Below, one piece after another: positions 13,053 to 27,094 of a stretch of 64,000 nt of DNA; positions within the stretch are counted from its first letter, which is position 1, and the number at the start of each line of letters is the position of its first letter. A model generated the notes under the pieces. It did not search any database. It worked only from the letters and a program-made list of their open reading frames with translations, and was not told where the DNA came from. The DNA lies in the NCBI RefSeq assembly GCF_035084215.1, contig NC_090345.1:48608001-48672000 (forward strand). Reading direction: 5' to 3'. This DNA is from Heptranchias perlo. Its lineage: Eukaryota. The translations under genes and the position numbers were made by a program.

Positions 13053-16000
13053 TAGAATCATAGAAAGGTTACAGCATGGAAGGAGGCCATTCGGCCCGCC
13101 GAGTCTGTGCCAGCTCTCTGCAAGAACAATCTAGCTAGTCCCATCCCTCCGCCCTTTCCCCATAGCCCTGCAAATTTTTTCCCTTCAAGTATTTATCCAA
13201 TTCCCTTTTGAAAGCCATGATTGAATCTGCCTCCACCACCCTTTCAGGCAACACATTCCAGATCATAGCCACTAGTTACATAAAAAAGTTTTTCCTCATG
13301 TTGCTTTTGGTTCTTTTGCCAATCACCTTAAATCTATGTCCTCTGGTTCTTGACCCTTCCACCAATGGAAACAGTTTCTCTCTATCTACACTGTCTAGAC
13401 CCTTCATGATTTTGAATACCTCGATCAAATCTCCTCGCAACCGTCTCTGTTCCAATGAGAACAACCCCAGCTTCTCCAGTCTATCCACATAACTAAAGTC
13501 CCTCATCCCTGAAATCATTCTAGTAAATCTCTTCTGCACCCTCTCTAAGGCCTTCACATCCTTCCTAAAGTGCGGTGCCCAGAACTGGACACAGTAGTCC
13601 AGTTGTGGTCAAACTAGTGTTTTATAAAGGTTCATCATGATTTTCTTGCTTTTGTACTCTATGCCTCTATTGATAAAGCCCAGGATTCCGTATGCTTTTT
13701 TAATCGCTTTCTCAACCTGCCCTGCCACTTTCAACGATTTGTGCGCATATATCCCCAGATCTCTCTGTTCCTGTACCCCTTTTAGAATTGTACCCTTTAG
13801 TTTATATTGCCTCTCCTCATTCTTCCTACCAAAATGTATCACCTTGCACTTTTCTGCGTTAAATTTCATCTGCCACGTGTCTTGCCCATTCCACCAGCCT
13901 GTCTATGTCCTCTTGAAATCTGTCACTATCCTCCTCACTGTTCACTACACTTCCAAGTTTTGTGTAATCTGCAAATTTTTAAATTGTACAAGTCATTAAT
14001 GTATATCAAAAAAAGCAGTGGTCCTAGTACCAACCCCTGGGGAACAACACTGTATACCTTCCTCCAGTCTGAAAAACAATCGTTCACCACTACTCTCTGT
14101 TTCCTGTCACTTAGCCAATTTCGTATCCATGCTGCCACTGCCCTTTTTATTCCAAGAGGTCCAACTTTGATGACAAGCCTATTATTTGGAACTTTATCAA
14201 ATGCCTGGAAATCCATCTACACCACATCAACTGCATTGCCCTTATCGACCCTCTCTGTTACCTCATCAAAAAACTCAATCAAGTTAGTTAAACATGATTT
14301 GCCTTTAACAAATCCGTGCTGGCTTTCCTTAATTAATCCACACTTATCCAAGTGATTGTTAATTTTGTCCCGGATTATCATTTCTAAAAGTTTCTCCACT
14401 ACTGAGGTTAAACTGTCTAGCCTGTTGTTGCTGGGTTTATCCTTACACCCTTTTTTGAACAAGGGGGTAACATTTGCAATTCTCCAGACCTCTGGTACCG
14501 TATCTAAGGATGATTGGAAGATTATAGCCAGTACCTCCGCAATTTCCATCCTTACTTCCCTCAGCAACCTTGGATGCATCCCATCTGGACCGGGTGATTT
14601 ATCTACTTTGAGTACAGCCAGCCTTTCTAGTACCTCTTTTTCAATCCAGTATCTCAATTACCTCCGCTTTTACTGTGATTTTGGCAGCATCTTCTTCCTT
14701 GGTAAAGACAGATGCAAAGTACTCATTTAGTACCTCAGCCATTCCCCCCAATAAGTAGATCTCCTTTTTGATCCCTAATCGGGACAACCCCTCCTCTTAC
14801 TACCCATTTACTATTTATGTGCCTATAGGAGACTTTTGGATTCCCTTTTATGTTGGCTGCCAGTCTGTTCTCATACTCTCTCTTTGCCCCTTTTATTTCC
14901 TTTTTCACTTCCCCTCTGAACTTTCTATATTCAGCCTGATTCTCCTGACATTTGTCATATGCCCCTTTTTTCTACTTCATCTTATTCTCTGTCTCTTTCG
15001 TTATCCAGGGAGCTCTGGCTTTAGTTGCCCTACCTTTGCCCTCGTGGGAATGTACCTAGACTGTACCCGAATCATCTCCTCCTTAAAGGCCGCCCATTGT
15101 TCGATTACAGTTTTACCTGCCAGTCTATGATTCCAATTTACCCGGGCCAGATCCGTTCTCAACCCACTGAAATTGGCCCTCCTGTAATAAAGTATTTTTA
15201 CTCTAGATTGCTCCCTGTCCTTTTCCATAGCTAATCTAAACCTTCTGATTCTATGATCACTGTTCCCTAAATGTTACCCCTCTGACACTTGCTCCACTTG
15301 GCCCAGCTCATTCCCCAGAACCAGATCCAGCAATGCCTCCTTCCTCGTTGGGCCAGGAACGTACTGGTCAAGAAAGTTCTCCTGAACACACTACAAAAAT
15401 TCCTCTCCCTCTTTGCCCTTTATATTATTATTAAACCGGTCTGTATTAGGATAATTGAAGTCCCCCGTTATCACTACTCTATGGCTTTTGCACCTCTCTG
15501 TAATTTCCCTGCAAATTTGTCCCTCTATCTCCTTCCTACTAGTTGGTGGCCTATAGAATACACCCAGTAGTGTAATGGCACCTCTATTCTTTCTTAACTC
15601 TAACCAAATAGATTCTGTCCTTGACCTCTCCATGACATCCTCTCCCTCCAGCACTGCAATATTCTCCTTAATCAACACTGCCACCCCTTCCCCATCACTC
15701 CTTTCTTCCCTTCCCTATCTTTCCTGAACACATTGTATCCAGGAATATTTAGTACCCAATCCTGCACTTTTTTGAGTCAGGTCTCTGTTATCGTCATTAC
15801 ATCATATTCCCATGTGGCTAATTGCGTCTGCAGCTCACCAACCTTATTTACTATGTTGCGTGCGTTAACAAACATGCACTGTAAACTGATCTTAGACCTT
15901 CTTGTATTCTCTCTTAGTCTGTTCCCATCTAATACCATGCTATGTGCTATCGGTCTCTCACACTCCTTTGTGCACCTTGTTTCTTCTTTCCAGTGGTGCA

Positions 16001-16260
16001 TCCTGGTGCCCATCCCCCTGTCAAATTAATTTAAACCCTCCCCCACAGCAGTAGCGAACCTCCCCGCGAGAACATTGGTCCCAACTCTGTTGAGGTGCAA
16101 CCCGCCCAGCCTGCACTTCCCCCAGAACTGGTCCCAATGCCCCAGGAATCTAAAGCCCTCCTTCCTGCACCATCTCTCCAGCCATGCATTCATCTGCTCT
16201 ATCCTCCTATTTCTATACTGACTAGCGTGTGGCACCGGGAGTAATCCGGAGATTACTACC
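13053..16260 (-). mobile_element. CR1 LINE, degenerate: end of ORF1 (SGNH esterase-like), APE endonuclease and RT
   Basis: ORF fragments GDFNYP, KSPGPDGMHP, SQHGFVKGKSCLTNL, DFQAFDKV, GLHLNRVG; 3' tail reads TAGAATCATAGAA on the + strand. Confidence 0.95.
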
Positions 16261-16351
16261 TTTACATTTATTTTATTTGAATATATACTTGCTGTAATAC
16301 AGCCAAACGCATCCAGTTACAATAACTAGTTCTCATACTTTACAACGCTAG

Positions 16352-16501
16352 GTATACTGGTTTAAAGATGGCAAACAAATTTCCAAGAAGAATGAACATT
16401 TTAAGATGACACGAGAAGGTGATGGTGCATGTTCATTGTACATTGAATCAGTCACTAATGATGATGACGGAAACTACACAGTTATGGCAGCAAACCCCCA
16501 G
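16352..16501 (+). CDS. MYPN: Myopalladin exon (VYWFKDGKQISKKNEHFKMTREGDGACSLYIESVTNDDDGNYTVMAANPQ), Ig3
   Basis: TAG acceptor, GTAAG donor, 150 nt, phase 0/0; Ig I-set W and DxGxY motifs; absent from the ORF track. Confidence 0.95.
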
Positions 16502-18710
16502 GTAAGCACTAAAATCTTCAACTGGAATGTATGATCTCTCAGCTCATCTTCTGTTTGCATTGCGATCTATATCAGTGAAAAAGAAATCTTGCATTGTGCA
16601 TGTTCAAATAGTAAAGTACGGAGTGGTGGAGGTCCTATATTTCTGCTCCTTCATCATCATGTACCCATTGAATGGTTGTACCTCTGAGTCATTTCAAACC
16701 ATGCAACCCATTGTGTTATCAGCTGATCCTGATGTGACTGTAGATAGAGTGCATTTAGGGTATCAGGATGTTTCCATCTTTGTTATTGTTATTTATGTGA
16801 TCAATAGACAGTAAATGCTTTCCAGACCACCCCTTTCAGTGGGATGCTTAGTTTGGTTGCTATTCAGAAAGGTCCTGGAAGCTACACCTTATTACACGCT
16901 GCAACCAATTTGTTTCATGGGTAACTGACAGGTCAATGAAACCCTGTTTGACCTTCAGAACTGTTCCCAAATATGCCCTGGAGTATCATGGAAATATTCC
17001 AACTACTCTAAAGCTGTCCTTTTCGTGTACTTGTCCTGAGGTACTGGGCTGTGAGAAGGTACATTTGTGGCTCCTCTCTTGCTGGGGGAGAGGGTTGGGG
17101 AAAACCTGGATCATTCTCTAAAGAGAGAAGAGGGAGGGACGGTGAACTGCTATCCTGTTCTGATGTGTACTAAATATACAGTTTGTTCTTAACCACACTC
17201 TTACATCTGGAGTTGCTCTGGCAGTAGGTGAAGATTCTGTTACTTGGTACTGTATGTCATGAACAAATAATACCTTGAGGCTTAAATACAATTTCTTTGC
17301 AAAATGTTCATTTCATTTGCTTTCAGTTTTTTTTACTTCATGCATTTTGTTTACTTTATTAGTTTTTTTGTAGTTCCTTTCATTTTCTTTCTGCTTCTGT
17401 TTTTTTTCACTACTGAACCCCTTCTCTCTTTCACTCCTCTCTCACTGTACAGTTTTCCCTCTCTCATTCTTAAAAGATCAAATTTTTACCTATAATTCAT
17501 TGCTGAGGCACAACCCCTCAATAAGGCTTTAAGTCATTCCACTAACTAAGGAGCATGGATAAACCATTTGGACCTCGCACCATTACTAGTACACATGCAG
17601 GCTGACTTTCACTTTTCCTTTTGGTTGCTTGAGTCATTTTCAAAGGGGCTTAAAAGTGTGGGGGGCACTCTTTTCAAAATACTCTCCCATTGTTTTGTGA
17701 AAAAATTCATAGGTATCAAAATAAAATGTATTAAAATGAGCAAATGACATCATGGAGGTCCAGCATAGTTCGGTCACTTTGTGACTCTCCCAGAACCTGT
17801 GCGACCCAGCGCTGCCCCATTGTCTGCAGTCGGGACTGTAACTTTGCAATGGTCTGAGAACCAATCTGGAAATGCCTAACTATGGAGATCACGATATTAG
17901 CTGGAAGTGCCTTAACTTGTGGACAGCGTCACCGTGCCACATTTGTAAGCTGCCAACTTGTTTTTAAGATCATGCACAGATGTTCTGCATAAATGACATG
18001 TCGGTATTTATCAGTGATTCATGTTAAAGGGGAAAACAGACATGGGTAATAAAATCTTAAATGGAGTGTCTTGAACTGAATGGGATTCACTGCTGTTTGG
18101 TTAGGGGTACTTGTAATTGCAATTATAAATTGCAATTATAAACAAGTAAATTGTAATTTTATTTAAGCACTCCCTGGTCTGACAGCCATTCAAGTGCCTG
18201 TTAGTTTATTTTCCTGCCCTGGGCCTATGCACCATCTGGAAGTCTGAGCAAGCAGGATTGACGTGACATTGAGATAGTACTGTCCCTTTTCCTTCACCGT
18301 CCTGGATTGATAATGTAAAAGCCAGTGGTAAGTGATAAAACAGCCCAAGAGACGCATGACATGTGTGCCTAGAATTTCCATGGGGTTTCTCCAGTGGGGG
18401 ATCGGTGGGAACCCTTGAGAAACAGTGTAAATGACTCAGATCGGCCATTTATGTTATTTCTCATGGGATTTTGCCAATGTTACAATGAGAGATCAGGAAA
18501 ACCCTGTGGAAATTCAGGGTCATGCTGCAGTCACATAATGTGAGGGGAAGTGCTGCAGGTAGAACATAGCTACAGGCCATTCTGGGTGAAGTAATCTTCT
18601 GCACTGAATGCTACAGTGTGGGCAGCATATTTGTTTCAATTCATTTTTACTGAAATGATTCTCAGACCAGAGCCTACTGTGAATGTATTAACATGTTCTC
18701 TGTTACACAG

Positions 18711-18793
18711 GGAAGAATCAGTTCCTCTGGTCATCTCATGGTACAGAATACTCCAATACGTGGTCGTATCATACCGTCTGTTCAGAGCCAAAG
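18711..18793 (+). CDS. MYPN: Myopalladin exon (GRISSSGHLMVQNTPIRGRIIPSVQSQR)
   Basis: CAG acceptor, GTAAG donor, 83 nt, phase 0/2, compatible with both neighbours. Confidence 0.93.
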
Positions 18794-19099
18794 GTAAGTT
18801 TGTCTTAGAATCGTATTAGATAGCATGTTGTTTTCCATTCTTTGGGGTTTACATTTCCTTACACATAAAGTAAAAGTCTTTTTGGGTGTCAGTAACTTGT
18901 CAATAATCTACCAACATCTGGATCCAGAATGCTACATGCAATGACAAATTCAGTCAATCTGGACAATGAGCCTCAGTTTTCAACATGGGTTTAATATTGT
19001 GGCAACAGTTTCCTGCTGTATTCACAAAAACATCAATGAAGCTGGATCCAGTTAACTTTACCCACACGTTTGAATATGTAAATACATGTACACATGTTG

Positions 19100-19556
19100 C
19101 AACGTAGGAGCAAGAGTAGGCCATTCAGCCCCTTAAGCCTGATCCGCAATTCAATTAGATTATGGTTGATCTGTATCTTAACTCCATTTACCCACCTTGG
19201 TTCCGTAACCCTTAATACCCTTGCCCAACAAAAATCTATCAATCTCAGTTTTGAAATTTTCAATTGATCCCCAGCCTCAACAGCTTTTTGGGAGAAGAGT
19301 TTTCCAGATTTCCACAACCCTTTGTGTGAAAAAGTGCTTCCTGAAATCACCCCTGAACGGCTTAGCTCTAATTTTAAAGTTTTGCTCCCTTGTTTTGGAT
19401 TCCCCCACCAGAGGAAATAGTTTCTCTCTATCTACCCTGTTAACTCCTTTAATTATCTTAAACACCTCAATTAGATTGTCCCATAATCTTCTATACTCTA
19501 GGGAATACAAGCCTAGTCTATGCAACCTGTCCTCATAATTTAATCCTTTTAGCCCC
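19100..19556 (-). mobile_element. CR1 3' fragment
   Basis: LGLYSLEYRRL...REKLFPLVGESKTR...HFFTQRVV and CR1 3' UTR. Confidence 0.9.
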
Positions 19557-20930
19557 GGGTGTCAGTAACTTGTCAAGGTTACTGTTGGGTTTAAGTTGGC
19601 CTCAAAGCTCACATGAACATGCAATTTGGAAAATTTGGCAAACGGACAAGATAATAGTAACAAGACATTTGGTGATATCATGGCTGCCATCATCCTTTTG
19701 TAGGAGTGGGATGAACAGGAGATTCAAGCATATAAGTGGAGAACTCGAGCCATATCTGAAGGAAAGTCTATTGTCTTACTTAAAAGACCATACCTTGGTC
19801 TAAACAGTGAGGCAGTTTGTAAGGAGGCAATTACAGAAGTTTGTGAAATGATACCTGCTGACCTAGGTTGACTCCCCCCTGACTTGAACTGCTCTGCTTA
19901 TTGTACTAAAGATCATGAACACTTGAATTTTTTTGTTATTGGATCATTCATCGGAACATAGGGACAGGTGAAGGCCATTCAGCCCCTTGAGCCTGTTCTG
20001 CCATTCCATGAGATCATGGCTGATCTTTATCCTAACTCCATTTACTCACCTTGGTTCCATATTCCTTAATACCCTTAGCTAGCAAAAAATCTATCAATCT
20101 CAGATTTACCATTATTAATTGAGCTGGCATCTACTGCTTTTTGTAGGAGTGTTTTCCACACTTCTACCACCCTTTGCGTGAAGAAGTGTTTCCTAACTTC
20201 TCTCCTGAATGGCCTGGCTCTGATTTTAAGGTTATGTCCCCTTGTCCTAGACTCCCCCTCTAGCAGAAAAAGTTTCTCTCTATCTACCCTATCAATTTTT
20301 TCAAAATCCTAAAAACCTCAAATCAAAATCACCCCTTAACCTTCTATATTCCAGGGAATACAAGCCTAGTTTATGTAATCTCTCCTCATAAATTAACCCT
20401 TGGAGCCCTGGTAACATTCTGGTGAATCAGGGTGGCACCCCTTCCAAGGCCAATATATCCTTTCTAAGGTGTGATGTCCAGAACTGTAAACAGTGCTCCC
20501 AATATGGTCTAACCAGGGCTTTGTATAGCTGTAGCAAAACTTCCTCCCCTGTATATTCTCGCCCTCTAGTTATAAAGGCTAACATTCCATTAGCCTTTTT
20601 AATTATTTTTTGTACCTGACCACGACATTTTAGTGATCTGTGCACACGGACTCCTAAATCTCTTTGGACCTCCACCAATCCTAACTTTTCACTATTTAAA
20701 AAATACTCGGACCGATCCTTTTTTGGTCCAAAATGGATAACCTCACATTTACTTGCATTGAAATCCGTCCGCCAGTTTTGCCCACTCACATAATCTATCA
20801 GTGTCTCTTTGTAATTTTATGCTCCCGTCTACACTACTTACTATGCCACCAATCTTTGTGTCATCGGCAAACTTAGATATATAACTCTCTATTGTGTCAT
20901 CTAAGTCATTAATAAATATAGTGAATAGTT

Positions 20931-21712
20931 AGAACATAAGAACATAAGAAATTGGAGCAGGAGTAGGCCAATCGGCCCCTCGAGCCTGCTCCGCCATTCA
21001 ATAAGATCATGGCTGATCTGATCCCAACCACAAATCTAAAGAACACAAGAAGTCGGAGCAGGACCCGGCCACATAGCCCCTGGGACCTCTCCGCCACCCA
21101 CAGGGCATTGACCGATCCGAACTCAGCTTCATGTCCAATTTCCTGCCCGCTCCCCATAACCCCTAATTCCCTTTACTTCTAGGAAACTGTCTATTTCTGT
21201 TTTAAATTTATCTAATGATGTAGCTTCCACAGCTTCCTGGGGCAGCAAATTCCACAGACCTACCACCCTCTGAGTGAAGAAGTTTCTCCTCATCTCAGTT
21301 TTGAAAGAGCAGCCCCTTATTCTAAGATTATGCCCCCTAGTTCTAGTTTCACCCATCTTTGGGAACATCCTTACTGCATCCACCCGATCAAGACCCTTCA
21401 CAATCTTATATGTTTCAATAAGATCGCCTCTCATTCTTCTGAACTCCAATGAGTAGAGTCCCAATCTACTCAACCTCTCCTCATATGTCCGCCCCCTCAT
21501 CCCCGGGATTAACCGAGTGAACCTTCTTTGTACTGCCTCGAGAGCAAGTATGTCTTTTCTTAAGTATGGAGACCAAAACTGTATGCAGTATTCCAGGTGC
21601 GGTCTCACCAATACCTTATATAACTGCAGCAATACCTCCTTGTTTTTATATTCTATCCCCCTAGCAATAAAAGCCAACATTCCGTTGGCTTTCTTGATCA
21701 CCTGCTGCACCT
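20931..21712 (-). mobile_element. Young 5'-truncated CR1 nested in the older CR1
   Basis: Uninterrupted C-terminal ORF2 (21129-21728 in track), AGAACATA tail repeats; host reads GTGAATAGTT...GAGGCCC across it. Confidence 0.9.
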
Positions 21713-23384
21713 GTTGAGGCCCTAGCACAGATCATTGTGGGACACCACATCCCTTCTCTCTATTTTCTACCGCCTAACCAATCCCCTAACCAGATTAATA
21801 ATTTGCCTTCAATTCCATGAGCTTTAATTTTAGCTAACAGTCTCTCATATGGAACTGTATCGAATACCTTCTGAAAGTCCATATAAACTACATCCATAGA
21901 CATTCCTCTATCTACTACTTTAGTTACTTCCTCAAAAAATTCAGTTAGGTTCGTTGGACATGACCTACCCATTACAAGTCCATGTTGGCTCTCTCTAATC
22001 AGCTCAAATTTCTCCAAGTGCTCAGTCACTCTGTCCTTAATTATAGATTCAAATAACTTCCCCACAACAGATCTTAGACTAACAGGTCTATAATTTCTTG
22101 GTTTTTCTCACCTTTCTTAAATAATGGAGTTACATTTGCAATTTTCTAATCTAAAGGGGCAATTCCTGAATCGAGGGAGCTTTGGAAGATTATGGCTAAA
22201 GCATCTGCAATTCCTCATCTCCATCCTTTAAATCTCTGAGGTAGAAACCATCAGGTCCTGGGGATTTGTCAGTCTTTAGTGCCATTATCTTTTCTAATAT
22301 TGTTTTCTTGCTTACATTAACTTTAGTGAGTTCCAGTCCTTGATTCATTATTAGTTTCCCTGGAATGTCAGGTACATTATCCTCTTCCTCTACTGTGAAG
22401 ACCGACACACAGTAATTATTCAACAAGTCTGCCATTTCCTTATTTTCATTTGCAATATTATCTGCATCTGTTTTAAAGGCCCCTTTTCTTCTAATCCAAT
22501 TGTAAAAACTTTTTATGTTAATCGTGATATCCCTCGCAAGTTTCTTTTTGTATTCTCTTTTTGCAGCTCTTACTATTTTTTTTGTCTTCCCTTGCTGTTG
22601 TTTATACCTCTCCCAGTCCCCTGGATCTACACTATTATTTGCACTTTTGTGGGCTCTTTCCTTTAGTTTTATGTTATCTCTCCCCTCTTTTGTCAACCAT
22701 GGCTGTTTTATTTGGTAAGTAGAGCTCTTGTCCCTAAGGGGTATATAGTGGTCCTGTATTAAGCTAAATTCTTTTTTGAATACCTCTCACTGTTCATCTG
22801 TAGTTTTACCCAATAACAAATTGACCAGTTTGCTGTTGTCAGTCTCTGTCTCATCCCGTTAAAGTTAGCCGTACCAAAATCTAGAATCTTAGTACTGTGT
22901 TATGTTTCTCCTTTTCAAACCTAACATTGAATTCGATCATATTATGATCATTGTTAGATAAATGTTCCCTAACTGTTAAGATTATTAACTAAGCCTGGCT
23001 CATTACTCATTACTAAACCTAGTATGGCCTACCCTCTTGTTGGTTCTAGAACATATTGCTCCAGAAAACTACCTTGAATGCATTCAAGAAATTCACTACC
23101 TTTCTGACTTGAGCTACTCTGTTCTCCCCAATCTATATGAAAATTAAAGTCTCCCATTAAAACAACTCTGCTTTTGCTACAAGCTTCTCTAATCTCTGAA
23201 TCAATACATTCTGCCACTTCATTGCTGCTGTCTAGAGGCCTGTAGACAACTCCCTATATAGCTTTAAGTCCTCTCTTATTCCTCAATTCTAACCATAGAG
23301 TCTCCGCTGATTGCTTTCCTGTACCCATATCCTCTCTTACTAATGTTGTGATAGTATCTTTAATCAATAAGGCTACCCCTCCTC

Positions 23385-23920
23385 CTAGAATCATAGAATC
23401 TTACAGCACAGAAATAGGCCATTCGGCCCATCGTGCATGTGCTGGCTTTTTGAAAGAGCTGCCCAATTTAGTCCCACACCCAGCTTTTTCCCCATAACCC
23501 TGCAAATGAGTCCTCTTCAAATACATGTCCAATTGCCTTTTGAACGTTCCTATGGAATCTGCTCCCATTACCCTTTGAGGTAATGCGTTCCAGATCTTAA
23601 CAGCCCTCTGTGAAAAAAAATTCTCCTCATTCTAGTTCTTTTGTCAATTACTTTAAATCTATGACCTCTGGTTACTGACCCACTTGCCAGAGGAAACAGT
23701 TTCTCCATATTTGCTCTATCAAAACCCTCATAATTTTGAATACCTCTATTAAATCTCCCCTTAATCTTCCCTGCTCCAAGGAGAACAATCCCAGCTTCTC
23801 CAATCTCTCCACATAACTGAAGTTCTTCATCCCTGGTATCATCCTGGTAAACCTCCTCTGTACTCTGTCCAAGGCCTTGACATTCTTCCTAAAATGTGGA
23901 GTCCAAAATTGTACACAATT
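23385..23920 (-). mobile_element. Second nested CR1 3' fragment
   Basis: CVQFWTPHFRKNVKALDRVQRRFTRMIPG; TAGAATCATAGAAT tail. Confidence 0.85.
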
Positions 23921-24899
23921 GTCCTCTTCCAGATTCCCTATCCTTTCTGAAGACATTATAACCTGGAATATTTAACTCCCAATCATGACCAGCTTGCAGC
24001 CATGTCTCAGAAATGGCCATCAGGTCATACCTTCTAAGCTGTTTTTGAGCCTCTAATTCATTCATTTTATTTCTTATACTCCATGCATTAGTATATAAAA
24101 CTCTTACTTGGGCAAGAGACCCTAACCTGCCCTTCTGCCCTGATGCTGTCTTTCTCACACAATTTAACTTAATTATCAAGAGGGGGAAGGGTGAATGTCG
24201 TGGGCATGAGCCAAATAACTGTGTCCACTTGGTTTCAACAGCCTGTTCTGGTAGAATTGCAGGCATCTATTTCTATATCATGCAGATAAACTGTTACATA
24301 GATAGCAACAATTGTTTACGGTTAACTGTGTTCCCTACCTTCCTCGAGTCTGATCGACTGCACTCACGTGGAGATAAATACGCCAACAGTCTATCCCCTG
24401 GCTTACCTCAATCGCAGAAGCTTCCATTTGGTCAATGTGCTGAATCTTATATGTGAATGCAAGGCACTCAAAGTCCAAATCTAACTCCTTTATTCACAGT
24501 CATTCATCTCAGGGATCTGAATATGGATGTTTCTTTTCCCCATTGACCTTGCCACAATTATGTAGCTTCTGCCCTTGCTGAATAACAGCAATAACCTTGA
24601 TGAGAAGTAAAAGGTAAACACAGGAACATTGCACCAACAAAGAAAATGGATAGCTAATTAGAATTAGAAGCATAAACCTATAACTCAAGGAAGAAATCAG
24701 ATTGGTAAAAAGATGACCAATAAATAGGAAGTAAACATAGGTAATGCTGAAGATAAATTAAGTTATTAAATCAATTTCACAATGGCCTAACAATTCAAAA
24801 CTAACTTCTTACGACTAAGGTTGCTTTTGTTTGGAAATAGACCACTGTTCTCTCAGTGCATTTATTGAGGCTGACAGCAAATTTCACCACTTGCATTTT

Positions 24900-25315
24900 A
24901 CAACAACAACAGCTTGCATTTACATAGCCCTGTTGTAGGGCTGGAGGAGATTACAGAGATAGAGAAGGGTGAGGCCATGGAGGGATTTGAAAACTAGGAT
25001 GAGAATTTTAGAACCAAGGTGTTACCGGTACGGGAGCCAATGTAGGTCAGCGAGCACAGGAGTGATGGGTGAACGGGGCTTGGGATGAGTTAGGATATGG
25101 ACAGCAGAGTTTTGGATGAGCTCAAGTTTACGGAGGGTGGAAGATGGGAACCTGGCCAGGCGAGCATTGGAATAGTGCAGTCTGGAGGTAACAAAGGCAT
25201 GGATGTGAGTTTCAGCAGCAGATAAACTGAGGCAGGGGCGGAGACGGGTGATGATACGGAGGTGGAAGTAGGCGGTCGTGGTGATGGATCGGATATGTGG
25301 TCGGTAGCTCATCTC
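24900..25315 (-). mobile_element. L2-like LINE 3' fragment
   Basis: AYFHLRII...HAFVTSRLHYSN...PITPVLADLHWLP. Confidence 0.85.
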
Positions 25316-25383
25316 ATAAAGAAATCAAGTGTATAATGTCTAATTGTCTATAGTAATTCAATTTGTGATGTATTGAATGACAG

Positions 25384-25507
25384 GACAAGGTCTCGTGTGT
25401 CAGAAGGCGAAGAACCTGTCCAGGAGCGTTTTTTCTGCCCCCATTTTCTTCAGGCGCCTGGTAACATGATAGCTCACGAAGGACAAATTTGCCGATTGGA
25501 TTGCAAG
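25384..25507 (+). CDS. MYPN: Myopalladin exon (TRSRVSEGEEPVQERFFCPHFLQAPGNMIAHEGQICRLDCK), start of Ig4
   Basis: CAG acceptor, GT donor, 124 nt, phase 2/0. Confidence 0.93.
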
Positions 25508-27094
25508 GTACAAATTACAAATAATAGCTCAGATCATAGTATAAAGTGTGGCAAAATTGAAGCATTTTTGTCAACAATGTGTCGTGGTATTGGTTTCTTT
25601 TCTTTCTCTCAGTACATAAGGGGTTAAAAACCTGGTTAATTCACAAAAAAGTGGCCCAGCTTGTTTTGATGCATAACCAGAGGCTATTGTCAGGTCAGGC
25701 TCCATGGGAGGGGCAAAGCCATTTAATTCAAATACAAACATCTTGTGGGTTTTGTTTGTATGTATGAGTGATTGGCAGCTCTTTTCAAGTTTAAGAGACT
25801 CACATTTAAATTTGCTTTGCCCTGGTCATTTTTTGACACCTGGTTCTCTGCCATCTTATAAAATTCAGGAGTTCGTCTGCGAGTGAAAGATGGATGATCA
25901 TTAAAAAAATCCCATAAAATCAATATTTACATTGCAGTTTAGTGCAGCAGATCTAACCTGACCAACTCGAGGAGTGACAGTTAAGTTTATAACCACTGGG
26001 AAATCTTATCATGTGATGTAAGTAGGAAGCCAAAATAGGGCTTTTCTGTTTGATCCCTGGCACATTACAAATTACCTAGATACTGGGCAGATAAAGGCAT
26101 ACTCTGGGGCCCAGGGAATGAGGGTTCAGCATTGCAGAAGTGGTCTCAGACCCTGAACAGGAGAAAAATATCTCGAGGAAAACATAACAGATGGTATCAA
26201 AGCTCGAATTAGTTGAAAACCATCTGAAATTTTTATCTTAGTTAGAAACTGAGCGTTCGGAATTTCCGATAGAACTGGTACCCATATGATAGTGAGGACA
26301 CTTCCCTGTTGCTTTATGGTGAATTGTAGCAGATATTTGTGGAACACCATCGATTGGTACTGTGAAGAAACCAGTTACTGTGAAACTGCTGAACAGTTTT
26401 CTCACATCACTTTGTGTTAAACAGTCCTTTGCGTGTGTACATGTGAGGTTAGATATTAAGGGATGGTAAATCATAGGCTGCGTGTGCGTGATTCACTGAT
26501 AATATGCTTTTGGATGCGAGGCTATGCATCAGGAGCCTGCAAGCGGAAAATTTACCCTATTAAGTCATCATGCACATCAATGCAATGCTATTATAGAGAG
26601 AAAAAGTAAAAAATTACAAAGGTTAGATGACTGAAATAACAACAGAAAATGCTGGAAATACACAGCATCTAACAAGAGAAAAGATGGTTTCTGGCAAAGG
26701 ATCTGTCCCCAGATCATCCATTCATCTTTTCTCTTTTCAGATTTTATATGGACCTGTTCGATATTTCCAAAAGCTCAAAAACAGGTTCTGCAGTTCATGC
26801 TCCAACTTATTTTGAAATTATTTGGAAAAACAAACTTATAATTATTGTTGTAGCCTAAGGAAAGACATGCTTCAAGTTGCTGCACAGATTACTTGAGAGA
26901 ATCATCCTGGGAGATTCTCCATGGTGGACATACTGATACTGCAGCATGCTGAGAACTGTAGGCCAGATGTAATTGTTACGTATCTTCAGCTGACAGAGTA
27001 ATAGTTCTGGAAAGAATATCAACCCAAATTCTAGGCTTCACGGAGACTGAGGCCTTTGAGTAAAAACATAAATGAAGATAGTCACAGACATAAA

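Larger units (their letters stand above)
19955..24130 (-). mobile_element. Older CR1 ORF2 copy interrupted by two nested CR1 insertions
   Basis: Collinear ORF2 fragments at ~19955-20930, ~21713-23385 and ~23920-24130 (YTNAWSIRNK, GDFNF, KSPGPDGF, FNASKCEVIHFG). Confidence 0.9.

Noticed and set aside
25384-25507. FFCPHF instead of the usual FFRPHF
   Set aside because: A single substitution compatible with CpG decay; significance cannot be judged without an alignment.
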